Of a stretch of DNA of 35,119 nt, positions 17,308-25,657 are shown piece by piece (position 1 is the first letter of the stretch; each line of letters opens with the position of its first letter). The position numbers and the translations under genes were made by a program. This stretch comes from a virus, in IMG/VR virus record IMGVR_UViG_3300020518_000004; one strand, written 5' to 3'. The notes under the pieces were generated by a model. That model saw only the letters and a list, made by a program, of their open reading frames with translations, was not told the DNA's origin and made no database searches.

Positions 17308-17319
17308 CAGAGGTGGCTA

Positions 17320-17718
17320 ATGAACGGACGACGCCCAATGAATATGCCGATGCAGCCTGACCGTCGCCCACAAGAGTTGGCGCGTATGTTGGCGATGCAG
17401 GAACGCAACGCATCGCTTGACGGCATGACGCCGCGTCAGCCGCAGCAGCCATCGCTTGCTTACGCAGGGGCTACGCCAAACTCAGCCCCCGGCGTTGCAC
17501 CGCAGAACATGAACTTTAACGGCCCGCGTGGCCCAGCGCAGTACACCGGCCCGATCAGCAACCCCGCAATGAGTGCCATGGCACCGCCGCAACAAGGCGC
17601 ACCGCAAGTGGGCGGCATGAAGCGTCCGCAAGGTGCAGGCGCACGCGGGTATCCGTCCTCCCCCGGCATGACGACGCCGCAGGGAGGCACCTACCGAGGG
17701 GACTTTGATGGCAATTAA
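17320..17718 (+). CDS. Pro/Gln/Gly/Met-rich low-complexity protein
   Basis: 132-aa ORF with a GAGGTGG ribosome-binding site, directly after the giant repeat gene. Confidence 0.55.
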   Translation: MNGRRPMNMPMQPDRRPQELARMLAMQERNASLDGMTPRQPQQPSLAYAGATPNSAPGVAPQNMNFNGPRGPAQYTGPISNPAMSAMAPPQQGAPQVGGMKRPQGAGARGYPSSPGMTTPQGGTYRGDFDGN

Positions 17719-19000
17719 ATCGTACGAGGCATTCAAGCCTCCATCACCCTACGATCAAGAACGACGCCGCGCAGAGCAGCAGCGCCGTTACGCCGAACTG
17801 CTGCAACAGCAAGCCTTAGCAGAGGAGGAGCCGTTTACCTATCAGGGTATTCGGGCCATGCCGTCGCCGCTGACCGCGCTGACCAAGATGCTGCAAGCCT
17901 ACGGCTCTAAAAAGGCGTTGGAGAAGGCAGAGGAAGCCGAGCAAAAGGCAGCCGAAGCCGATATTGCAGGTGCAGAGCGGCTGCGTCAGGAATTGGCACC
18001 GCAAGCGCGTGTTGCTGCCCCGACAACCGCTGAAATTGCGGCCAGCGTTGGTATGCCGCAAGTCGGTGCGGAAGGCGACGTAACATATGGCGCACCGCAG
18101 CAAGCGCCTATGCGCACAGAGATGGTTGGCCCGACTGCAAAAGAACGTCAAAACATCTTTGCAAATTACGCCGCAACCGGAACGCCGACGGCGCAGCGTC
18201 TTGCGCAAGTTATGGCAGCGCAAGAGCCAAAAACTCAGACGATGGAGTTTGGCGATCAGTTGTTTAACATTAGCGATGGCATGGCTACGCCTGTAATGAT
18301 GGATGGCAAGCCTGTAACGGCGTCACCAAAACCGGCGGCGGGCAGTTCGTTAAGCAAATTGATTGCAGAACGCGAGGCATTGCCGCTAAACAGTCCGTTG
18401 CGCGCAACATATGATGCGGCAATTTCTAAAGAAACAACGCAATCTGCACCAGTACGCATTGATCTTGGAGCAAAGGGTGATGCGGAAGCACAAAAAATCT
18501 TTTTGGGAGACATTGGCACAATGCGTCCACGGGCTAATGCTGCCAAAAACATTATTAAATCAGTCAACAATCTTGATCGGTTGACGCAGAAAGGAACTTA
18601 CACCGGCGCTTTGGCTACAGGAGCGGTTGGAGCAGGGCAATTCTTAAACAGCCTTGGAATTAAAGTTGATCCAGAGACATTGAAAAACACTGAGGCGTTT
18701 TCTGCGCAGGTCAGTGATTTGGTTCTGTCTACTCAAGCCGCTTTGGGCGGTGCGCGTGGGTTTACAAAAGAAGAAACTGCAATTTTGGAAAGAATGTTCC
18801 CGCAAATTGTCAACAGTCCTCAAGCGCGTGTTGCTATCGGAAATATCATTCGCAACAAGCAACTTGACGTAATTGATGAATACGATTCGCTGATTGATGA
18901 CTATTACTCAACTTACAAAGACTCCAAGATTCCTTACAAAAAGATTGATGACGAAGAAGTGCGCTATCAGCGATGGAAGCGCAACCAAGGAGGTTTGTAA
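17708..19000 (+). CDS. Putative internal virion protein
   Basis: 430 aa from the ATG at 17708 (the ORF-track start at 17705 is TTG). GAGGGG ribosome-binding site 7 nt upstream. Helical, charged N-terminus. Confidence 0.5.
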   Translation: MAIKSYEAFKPPSPYDQERRRAEQQRRYAELLQQQALAEEEPFTYQGIRAMPSPLTALTKMLQAYGSKKALEKAEEAEQKAAEADIAGAERLRQELAPQARVAAPTTAEIAASVGMPQVGAEGDVTYGAPQQAPMRTEMVGPTAKERQNIFANYAATGTPTAQRLAQVMAAQEPKTQTMEFGDQLFNISDGMATPVMMDGKPVTASPKPAAGSSLSKLIAEREALPLNSPLRATYDAAISKETTQSAPVRIDLGAKGDAEAQKIFLGDIGTMRPRANAAKNIIKSVNNLDRLTQKGTYTGALATGAVGAGQFLNSLGIKVDPETLKNTEAFSAQVSDLVLSTQAALGGARGFTKEETAILERMFPQIVNSPQARVAIGNIIRNKQLDVIDEYDSLIDDYYSTYKDSKIPYKKIDDEEVRYQRWKRNQGGL

Positions 19001-20643
19001 TGGAAGATTACTCTCTAGAGGAAATTGAACGCTTCAAAAGGCGTTTTGCCGAGGAACAGGGCCGCCAAAATGTGGAGGCAATGACTCACTCTGCCCAAGC
19101 CCCTGCTCCCGTCTCGTCCACACCGCAAGCGCGTATGTTTGACCCTAAAACCGGCACTGTCGGCGGTGAGGTCAACCCATTGGTGCGTGCATTGATGGGC
19201 GTAGGCGCTGGCGTTGAGCGGAGCGTTTCAAGCCTTGGCGAATTGTTGGGCTTGGTGTCGCCAGAGCGTTATCAGCAAACCCAAGAGCAAAACGAACCGT
19301 TTACGCAAGGGCCAGAAGGATCGGCAGGGCAGTTTGTGGGCGAAACAGCCGCAACGTCACTAATGGGCGGCCCTGTAGGTCGTGCATTGCGTATGGGCGG
19401 CCCCGCAATGCGCAGCGCAATAGAAAGCGGCGTGACAACTTATGCAACAGCCGATCCGCAAGACCGTCGCACAGAGGGTGCTTATGGTGCATTGGCAGGA
19501 GGCGGCCTAACAAAAGGAGGTCAAGCCTTGCGTGGTTTAACGCACGGCATTGATATGTCGCCGGCTGCTCGTCGGTTGACAGCAAAAGGCGTTGAATTGT
19601 CGCCCGGCCAAATGGCTCCTGACAGCACTTGGGCAATGATTGAAGAATCTATGATGAACATTCCGTTCATCCGACCCAAGGTTGTCGCGGCAAGACAACG
19701 CGGGTGGCAACAAACACAAGAATTGATTGGCAAGGAAGCGGCACCGCCGGGGTATACGCCTCCGTCTCGCGCAGATGTGCGCGATACATACAACGATTTA
19801 AAGGACGCATATAACGAAGCATATGGTCAATTTAAAAATTACCCATTGCAACCAGTTTTAATGCGGGTTGAAGGCGGAGATGTGCCGCTGTCGCAAGCCA
19901 TGGCAATCCCTCGCCAAGCGGCTGCTGACGTTAAGTCGCGTCGGTATGTGCAAAACTTTATTGATACCGAGTTAAGCCGAGTTAAGGGCCGGCAATTAAC
20001 CAGCGGAGATTTGCTAGAAATTAGATCAAACATTCGCGCAAAATTGCGCGATATGTCAGGAAATCAAAGTTTCCCTGACGCAGAAAAACTGCTAAAAACT
20101 TCAGAGAAAAAGGCGACAGAGATATTAGAGTCGCAGTTGCCGCCTGACGCCATGAAAGCGTTACGCGCAGTAGACGCTAAATATGGCAATTTCAAAGTTT
20201 TGGAAGATGCTGTTTATCGCTCCATAGATCAGCCAGAGGCTTTTACGCCAAAACAATTTTCCGGTGCGGTAAGGCAAAGCGCAGGTGGCAAAGGACAGTA
20301 TGCTGGCGGCGGCGGCAGAATGAGAAACATTGCTGCAGAATCCGCAGATGTGTTTTCGCCCCGAACGCCCGTAACTGGCGCACAACAACCAAGCCAACTT
20401 GTCGGTTATGCAACGGCAGTCCCGGCTGCATTTGTATATAGCGATCAAGGCCGAAAGTTAGGCCGAGTGTTGGCGGGCCAAACGGATGTACAGCGCCAAA
20501 TTCAAGATTTTGAACGGCAGTTCCGACGTAAATTATCGGCACAAGAGCGGGAAGATTTAGCGCGTGTGTTGCGCATGGGTGCATCACAATATGCGGCTGA
20601 AGAAAAGCCGTTTTTTGCGACGACAAAGGAGTATTTTAAATGA
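19000..20643 (+). CDS. Putative internal virion protein
   Basis: 547 aa from the ATG of the TAATG at 19000, with an AAGGAGG ribosome-binding site. Precedes the tail fibre. Confidence 0.5.
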   Translation: MEDYSLEEIERFKRRFAEEQGRQNVEAMTHSAQAPAPVSSTPQARMFDPKTGTVGGEVNPLVRALMGVGAGVERSVSSLGELLGLVSPERYQQTQEQNEPFTQGPEGSAGQFVGETAATSLMGGPVGRALRMGGPAMRSAIESGVTTYATADPQDRRTEGAYGALAGGGLTKGGQALRGLTHGIDMSPAARRLTAKGVELSPGQMAPDSTWAMIEESMMNIPFIRPKVVAARQRGWQQTQELIGKEAAPPGYTPPSRADVRDTYNDLKDAYNEAYGQFKNYPLQPVLMRVEGGDVPLSQAMAIPRQAAADVKSRRYVQNFIDTELSRVKGRQLTSGDLLEIRSNIRAKLRDMSGNQSFPDAEKLLKTSEKKATEILESQLPPDAMKALRAVDAKYGNFKVLEDAVYRSIDQPEAFTPKQFSGAVRQSAGGKGQYAGGGGRMRNIAAESADVFSPRTPVTGAQQPSQLVGYATAVPAAFVYSDQGRKLGRVLAGQTDVQRQIQDFERQFRRKLSAQEREDLARVLRMGASQYAAEEKPFFATTKEYFK

Positions 20644-23549
20644 GTTTCAACGGGTCAGGCACTTTTGTCATCAACTCGGCAGGCCAGCCTGTCGTCGCTA
20701 ACACCGTCATCTCGGCCACGACGTTTAACGCGTTGACGGCTGACCTTGCTAACGGCCTTTCCACCTGTATCACCAAAGACGGACAAACGACGCCGACCGC
20801 CAACATTCCGATGGGCGGCTTCAAGATCACAAACCTTGCCACCGGCACGGCAGCGACTGACGCCGCCACGGTTGCGCAGATTCAGAGCAACGGCGCGGCC
20901 CTTGTCACGGTAACGGGTACGGATACGCTCGTCGGTACGCTGACCCCGGCTTTAACGACTTACGTTACAGGCGCGGTGTACTACTTCATCGCCCCCGCAA
21001 CCAACACAGGCGCAGTCACGCTCAACATTGACACGCTCGGCGCAAAGAACGTCACGCGTGATGGCACGACCGCCCTTGTTGCCGGTGACATCACCTCTGG
21101 CGAAATGGTCGCCGTGGTGTACGACGGCACGCGCTTTCAGTTGATTAGCGCGGTCAACAGCGTCACCAACCTCAACGTCTCTGGCACGTTGACCGTAGCC
21201 GGTGCCACGACCCTTAACGGCAACCTTCAGGTCGGTAACGCCGGCGCGGATACCGTCAACTTCCAAGCAAGCGGCTGGACGCTGACCAACAACGTATCGG
21301 TCACGGGAACGTGGGCTGACATCGGCACGATCACGACCGCTGATATTAACGGCGGCACCATTGACGGCACGACCATTGGCGGCGGCACGGCGGCTGCGGG
21401 TACGTTTACGACCGCGACCGCAACGACCGGCAACATCACAACGGTCAACGCCACGACGGTGGATAGCACCAACCTTGAGGTCACTAACCTAAAAGCCAAG
21501 GACGGTACCGCCGCAGGCTCTATTGCCGACTCTACGGGTGTGGTCACGCTTAACAGCGTTGTGGCCACCACCGCCGACATCAACGGCGGCACGATTGACG
21601 CTACCACCATCGGTGGATCTTCCCCGGCTGTGGGTAACTTTACGACTGTTTCGGCGGCGTCTGCGGTCTTTACGACGGCGACCATCACAACCGTCAACAC
21701 CACGACGCTTGACCTCACCAACCTTGAAGTAACCAACATCAAGGCTAAGGACGGCACGGCGTCTATGGTCATTGACGATGCCACGGGCAAGGTCAACGTC
21801 ACCACCGTCTCGGCTGCCTCCATGAACGCAGGCGTGGCTGCTGTGACGACGCTGACGGCCACAGGGGCGTCCGTAGCCTCGGCTAACCTTGGGGTGGCGG
21901 TTGTCACGAATTTGACCGCTACAGGCGCGTCTGTCGCCTCTATGAACGCAGGGGTGGCTCTTTTCACCAACGCGACGGTTACGACGCTGAATGCTACGGG
22001 TGCGTCCATCGCCTCGGCCAACATCGGCAACCTTCAGTTTACGGCGGCCTCTATCGCCTCCATCAACGCGGGCGTGGCGGTTATCACGAACCTCACGGCA
22101 ACCAGCGCCTCTATTGCTAGCATGAACGCGGGTGTGGCGCTACTCACCACAGCGACGGTGACAAGTTTGACCGCAACCGGGGCTTCTATCGCATCGGCTA
22201 ACGTCGGCACAGCGGTCGTCACAGGGCTGACTGTTACAAACGCCTCTATCGCCTCGGCTAACGCAGGCACGGCTACGCTGTCGGGTAACCTTACGCTCAA
22301 CGGCGGCACCGCCAACGGCGTGCTGTATCTGAACGGCAGCAAGGTGGCGACGAGTGGGGCGGGGCTGGTATTTGATGGCACTAACTTCGGCTTGGGCGTG
22401 ACGCCAAGTGCGTGGAATCTTGGTAAGGCTATTGAAGTTGGTAATGCAGGCAATTCGCTTTGGGGCATTGGTTCAAACAACATCGCGCTTGGCGCAAATG
22501 TTTATTACGCAAGCGAAAATAAATATGCCGTCAACGGCACAGCAACTATTTATCAACAAGGATCGGGTGAACACCGTTTCTTCAACGCCCCTTCCGGCAC
22601 CGCAGGCAACGCCATCACGTTCACGCAGGCGATGACGCTGGATGCGAGTGGGAATTTGGGGCTTGGTGCCACGACCACGACTGGCGGTCGTCTTGTTATT
22701 ACGCAAAGCAACGCCACGCAGCCTGCCATTTATTTGCCAACCGATGAAAGCACGATTCAAGGGCCGGGTACGGATACGCAAATCCGCATGGGCGGCAACT
22801 TAACCGTCCAAAGCAGCAATCAAACAACGATTAACGCAAAAAATGCGTCTGGTGTAATTGTTTTTGGAACAGGGTCAACTCCGACCGAACGCGCACGCAT
22901 CACGAGCGGGGGTTTCTTCAAGGCGAGTAATACGGGTACTTACGCAGGCTCCACATCCGCTTATCACGAATTGCGTAGTGACCAGCAAGATCAAAACATT
23001 GTTTTGATTAGAAACACAAACGCAACAAGTCCGTATGGCATTGATGTTGCCTTTACGGCAGCAACTCCTAATAATACGACCAATACGTTTATTACTAGCA
23101 CCGACTCAACAAACGATAAATTTATTGTTTATTCATCTGGAACGGTAACCAACAGAACCGGAACCTATAACGCTTTTTCAGATTTGAAACTGAAACAAGA
23201 TGTTGTAGACGCGGGATCGCAATGGAATGACATTAAGGCACTGCGCGTTCGCAAGTTTAGGTTGAAGGATGAAGTTGCAGCGAACCCAAACTACCCTGCT
23301 TATATTGGTTTGATTGCCCAAGAAGCAGAACAAGTCAGTCCGGGTCTTGTTGAGGAATGTGCAGATTTTGAAAGAGTAGAAGTTGTTGACGAAGATGGGA
23401 ACGTTACGTATGAACGCAAACCCGCTGGAACAACGACCAAATCCGTCAAATACTCCATTCTTTACATGAAGGCAGTCAAAGCCCTGCAAGAAGCCATGGC
23501 GCGTATTGAGAAACTGGAAGCCGAAATGGCTGCATTAAAAGGAGCCTGA
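20640..23549 (+). CDS. Tail fibre/tailspike with a C-terminal intramolecular chaperone (peptidase S74) domain
   Basis: Conserved fibre N-terminus: FNALTADLANGLSTCITKDGQTTPTANIPMGGFKITNLATGTAATDAATVAQIQ. C-terminus has the S74 signature: SDLKLKQDV...IGLIAQEAEQVSPGLV...KSVKYSILYMKAVKALQEAMARIEKLE. Confidence 0.9.
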   Translation: MSFNGSGTFVINSAGQPVVANTVISATTFNALTADLANGLSTCITKDGQTTPTANIPMGGFKITNLATGTAATDAATVAQIQSNGAALVTVTGTDTLVGTLTPALTTYVTGAVYYFIAPATNTGAVTLNIDTLGAKNVTRDGTTALVAGDITSGEMVAVVYDGTRFQLISAVNSVTNLNVSGTLTVAGATTLNGNLQVGNAGADTVNFQASGWTLTNNVSVTGTWADIGTITTADINGGTIDGTTIGGGTAAAGTFTTATATTGNITTVNATTVDSTNLEVTNLKAKDGTAAGSIADSTGVVTLNSVVATTADINGGTIDATTIGGSSPAVGNFTTVSAASAVFTTATITTVNTTTLDLTNLEVTNIKAKDGTASMVIDDATGKVNVTTVSAASMNAGVAAVTTLTATGASVASANLGVAVVTNLTATGASVASMNAGVALFTNATVTTLNATGASIASANIGNLQFTAASIASINAGVAVITNLTATSASIASMNAGVALLTTATVTSLTATGASIASANVGTAVVTGLTVTNASIASANAGTATLSGNLTLNGGTANGVLYLNGSKVATSGAGLVFDGTNFGLGVTPSAWNLGKAIEVGNAGNSLWGIGSNNIALGANVYYASENKYAVNGTATIYQQGSGEHRFFNAPSGTAGNAITFTQAMTLDASGNLGLGATTTTGGRLVITQSNATQPAIYLPTDESTIQGPGTDTQIRMGGNLTVQSSNQTTINAKNASGVIVFGTGSTPTERARITSGGFFKASNTGTYAGSTSAYHELRSDQQDQNIVLIRNTNATSPYGIDVAFTAATPNNTTNTFITSTDSTNDKFIVYSSGTVTNRTGTYNAFSDLKLKQDVVDAGSQWNDIKALRVRKFRLKDEVAANPNYPAYIGLIAQEAEQVSPGLVEECADFERVEVVDEDGNVTYERKPAGTTTKSVKYSILYMKAVKALQEAMARIEKLEAEMAALKGA
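21336..21803 (+). repeat. Two 78-aa (234-nt) coding repeats in the tail fibre (TADINGGTIDxTTIGG...TNLEVTNxKAKDGTA...)
   Basis: Units start at 21336 and 21570, in phase. Confidence 0.8.
21810..22280 (+). repeat. Array of about 8-9 degenerate ~20-aa repeats in the tail fibre (AT[GS]ASxASxNxGxAxxTxLT)
   Basis: Seen in the translation: ATGASVASANLGVAVVTNLT / ATGASVASMNAGVALFTNAT / ATGASIASANIGNLQFT and so on. Confidence 0.7.
23178..23546 (+). other. S74 intramolecular chaperone auto-processing domain; predicted cleavage before Ser847 (SDLKLK)
   Basis: Motif match listed for the tail fibre. The codon at 23178 is the conserved Ser. Confidence 0.75.
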
Positions 23550-23552
23550 TCA

Positions 23553-23714
23553 ATGTCCGACGCAAAGTTAGAAATGACGCTTGAAGAAGCCGTCGCCATC
23601 GTGAATCTGCTGGGTAGCCTCCCGACGAGTCAAGGCGGGTTCCCGCTCTGGCAGAAACTGAAGGCGCAGGTGGAGGCGCAGGTGCCTAAAGAACAACCGG
23701 AGCAAATGCAATGA
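23553..23714 (+). CDS. Small hypothetical protein (53 aa, not in the ORF track)
   Basis: Hand translation: MSDAKLEMTLEEAVAIVNLLGSLPTSQGGFPLWQKLKAQVEAQVPKEQPEQMQ. AAGGAG ribosome-binding site upstream and ATGA overlap with the next gene. Confidence 0.5.
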   Translation: MSDAKLEMTLEEAVAIVNLLGSLPTSQGGFPLWQKLKAQVEAQVPKEQPEQMQ

Positions 23715-24028
23715 CAACGATCACATGGAATATCAGCGAATTAAACTGCCTCCCGCAATCAGCGGAGGGTGCGGATTACGTTGTTACGGCCCATTGGCAA
23801 TGCAATGGCGTAGACGGTGACTATAGCGGCAGCGTCTATAGCACTTGCTCGTTTGCCGTCGTGCAGGGTGAGGCTTTTACGCCCTACGCTGACCTTACGC
23901 AAGATCAAGTTCTTGGCTGGATTTGGGCAAACGGCGTAGATAAGGATGCGACCGAGGCTGCGGTAGAGCAGCAGATTCAGAACCAAATCAACCCGCCTAT
24001 CGTTTCGCCGCCGCTGCCGTGGGCATGA
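23711..24028 (+). CDS. Conserved hypothetical protein commonly found next to phage tail fibres
   Basis: 105 aa with the pattern ITWNISEL...VVTAHWQ...FTPYADLTQDQVLGWIW...PPLPW. Confidence 0.55.
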   Translation: MTTITWNISELNCLPQSAEGADYVVTAHWQCNGVDGDYSGSVYSTCSFAVVQGEAFTPYADLTQDQVLGWIWANGVDKDATEAAVEQQIQNQINPPIVSPPLPWA

Positions 24029-24297
24029 ACACGGCATTTCTCGTCATCTTTGTTGGCCTCCAGATCGCTGACATCTGGACGACGTTGACGGCGCTAAAGC
24101 AGGGTGGTCGGGAGTTAAACCCGTTTCTCGCCAAACTGTTTGAGCGGTTTGACCCGCTGTCCGTCATGGTGCCGGTAAAGTTGGCGGGCGTGTGGGCGTT
24201 GTGGTACGTCAATTTATGGGGACTCACAGCAATTATGTGTGCGGCGTATATGTGGGTCGTGTTCAACAACCTAGACGAGATATACGGCAGAAAGTGA
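24025..24297 (+). CDS. Small multi-pass membrane protein (DUF5658-like); possible holin/antiholin
   Basis: Hydrophobic segments plus the ADIWTT...GGRELNP motif. ATGA overlap at 24025. Confidence 0.5.
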   Translation: MNTAFLVIFVGLQIADIWTTLTALKQGGRELNPFLAKLFERFDPLSVMVPVKLAGVWALWYVNLWGLTAIMCAAYMWVVFNNLDEIYGRK

Positions 24298-24298
24298 C

Positions 24299-24541
24299 AT
24301 GGAAGCGCAGATTCTATTTAACGTGCTAGTCGGTATCGCAGGTGTCTTTGGCGGCTGGATACTCAACAACATCTCCCGATCCATAGAAAAACTGGACGAG
24401 GATGTGCGTGAGATGCCGTTGACTTACATTACGCAAGACGCATACCACCGCGACCAGAACCGCTACCAGCGCGATATAGACGAAATTAAGGGTATGTTGC
24501 GGCTCATCTTTGACCGGCTTGAGGCAAAGGCTGACAAATGA
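24299..24541 (+). CDS. N-terminal transmembrane plus coiled-coil protein (i-spanin-like or holin-associated)
   Basis: 80 aa. Transmembrane helix ILFNVLVGIAGVFGGWILNNI, followed by a charged helical region. Confidence 0.45.
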   Translation: MEAQILFNVLVGIAGVFGGWILNNISRSIEKLDEDVREMPLTYITQDAYHRDQNRYQRDIDEIKGMLRLIFDRLEAKADK

Positions 24542-25080
24542 TTCCTGCTGCGCTATTGCCTATCGTTAAACCTCTCCTTGCCAACGGCCTCGGGCTAGTG
24601 GCTAACGCTGTGCTTGCCAAAGGCAAACAGGTGGTGGAGGACAAGTTAGGCGTGGAACTAAAGCCCGATATGTCCTCAGAGGACATGGCTAAGGTTCAGA
24701 TGGCGCAGATGGAACACGAAGAAGAACTGCTGCGGCTGCGAATAGAGGACAATAAACTTGACCTCGCCGAACTAGAAATGCGGCTAAAGGACACGGATTC
24801 GGCGCGGGAGCGGGAAGTTGCGATTGCGACCTCCAGTACGGCCCCCTTGATAAATAAGATCGTGACCCCCGTTCTCGCGCTGTCTATCTTGTTGCTGACT
24901 TTTGTGTTGTTTGGCGTTGTTATGTTTGACAACACGCCTGTTGAGACTTCCCGCAAAGACATTCTGATATACGTCCTCGGCGTCCTTTCTGCCATCGCCA
25001 CGCAGATCGTGTCGTATTACTTTGGCTCAAGCCAAGGCAGTAAGGACAAAGGCGATCAGTTGCGAGAGGCGATGAAGTGA
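24538..25080 (+). CDS. Holin of the 3-TM (GTA-type, PF11351-like) family
   Basis: 180 aa. Coiled-coil N-terminal half, DTDSAREREV motif, hydrophobic helices, and C-terminal YYFGSSQGSKDK, characteristic of the 3TM holin family. Confidence 0.65.
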   Translation: MIPAALLPIVKPLLANGLGLVANAVLAKGKQVVEDKLGVELKPDMSSEDMAKVQMAQMEHEEELLRLRIEDNKLDLAELEMRLKDTDSAREREVAIATSSTAPLINKIVTPVLALSILLLTFVLFGVVMFDNTPVETSRKDILIYVLGVLSAIATQIVSYYFGSSQGSKDKGDQLREAMK

Positions 25081-25460
25081 GCAACGTCGCTGAACAAGCC
25101 GCTTTCTTGCTAGACGTATGCCGCCTCATCAATCGCGCCACGGAATTGGGGTTCGTCGTGACAGCGGGCGAACTCTATCGCACACCCGAACAGCAACAGA
25201 TATACGTCAAGACCGGGCGTTCCCGCACAATGAACTCACTTCACCTTCAACGTCGTGCCGTAGACCTTAACTTCTTCAAAGATAATGCGTTATGCTACGA
25301 CAAGGCCGTTTTGGCTCCCCTAGGGGCTTATTGGGAGAGCCTGCACCCGCTTAACTCGTGGGGTGGAAACGGTGTGAAATTGGTGGATACACCGCATTTC
25401 AGCCGAGGAGTGGGGAAACCTGAATGGCGAAGGATAACCGATACAAAGCCGTCCAAATAA
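25077..25460 (+). CDS. Endolysin, peptidase M15 (VanY/L-alanyl-D-glutamate peptidase-like)
   Basis: ELYRTPEQQ, SLHLQRRAVDL (H..D zinc ligands) and DTPHF motifs. GTG start in a GTGA overlap with the holin stop. Confidence 0.8.
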   Translation: MSNVAEQAAFLLDVCRLINRATELGFVVTAGELYRTPEQQQIYVKTGRSRTMNSLHLQRRAVDLNFFKDNALCYDKAVLAPLGAYWESLHPLNSWGGNGVKLVDTPHFSRGVGKPEWRRITDTKPSK

Positions 25461-25657
25461 TTGACGGAACGTGGTATCGCATCAAGGGGTATACCCACGC
25501 CGAATGTTGCGACTGTGCGTTAGTCCACAAAGAACAGTACCGACTTGTGGACGGCCAACTGGAATGGATGGCTGAACGTGACGATGAGGCCACCAAGGCC
25601 CGCCGAAAGGAACTCGGCATCAAGGTTACCCGCAATGCCAAAGCACACAAACGATGA
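25424..25657 (+). CDS. Hypothetical small Cys-containing protein
   Basis: 77-aa ORF overlapping the endolysin 3' end by 37 nt and the next gene by 23 nt. Contains HAECCDCALVH. Confidence 0.4.
   Translation: MAKDNRYKAVQIIDGTWYRIKGYTHAECCDCALVHKEQYRLVDGQLEWMAERDDEATKARRKELGIKVTRNAKAHKR

Noticed and set aside
21227-22030. 267-aa minus-strand ORF inside the tail fibre gene
   Set aside because: It is antisense to the Ala/Thr/Gly repeat region, again an effect of repeat composition. The sense frame carries clear fibre motifs.
21336-22280. Tail-fibre repeats as a diversity-generating retroelement (TR/VR) system
   Set aside because: No reverse transcriptase ORF is present in the genome. The repeats are tandem, in-frame structural repeats that have diverged at all positions, rather than a template/variable pair.
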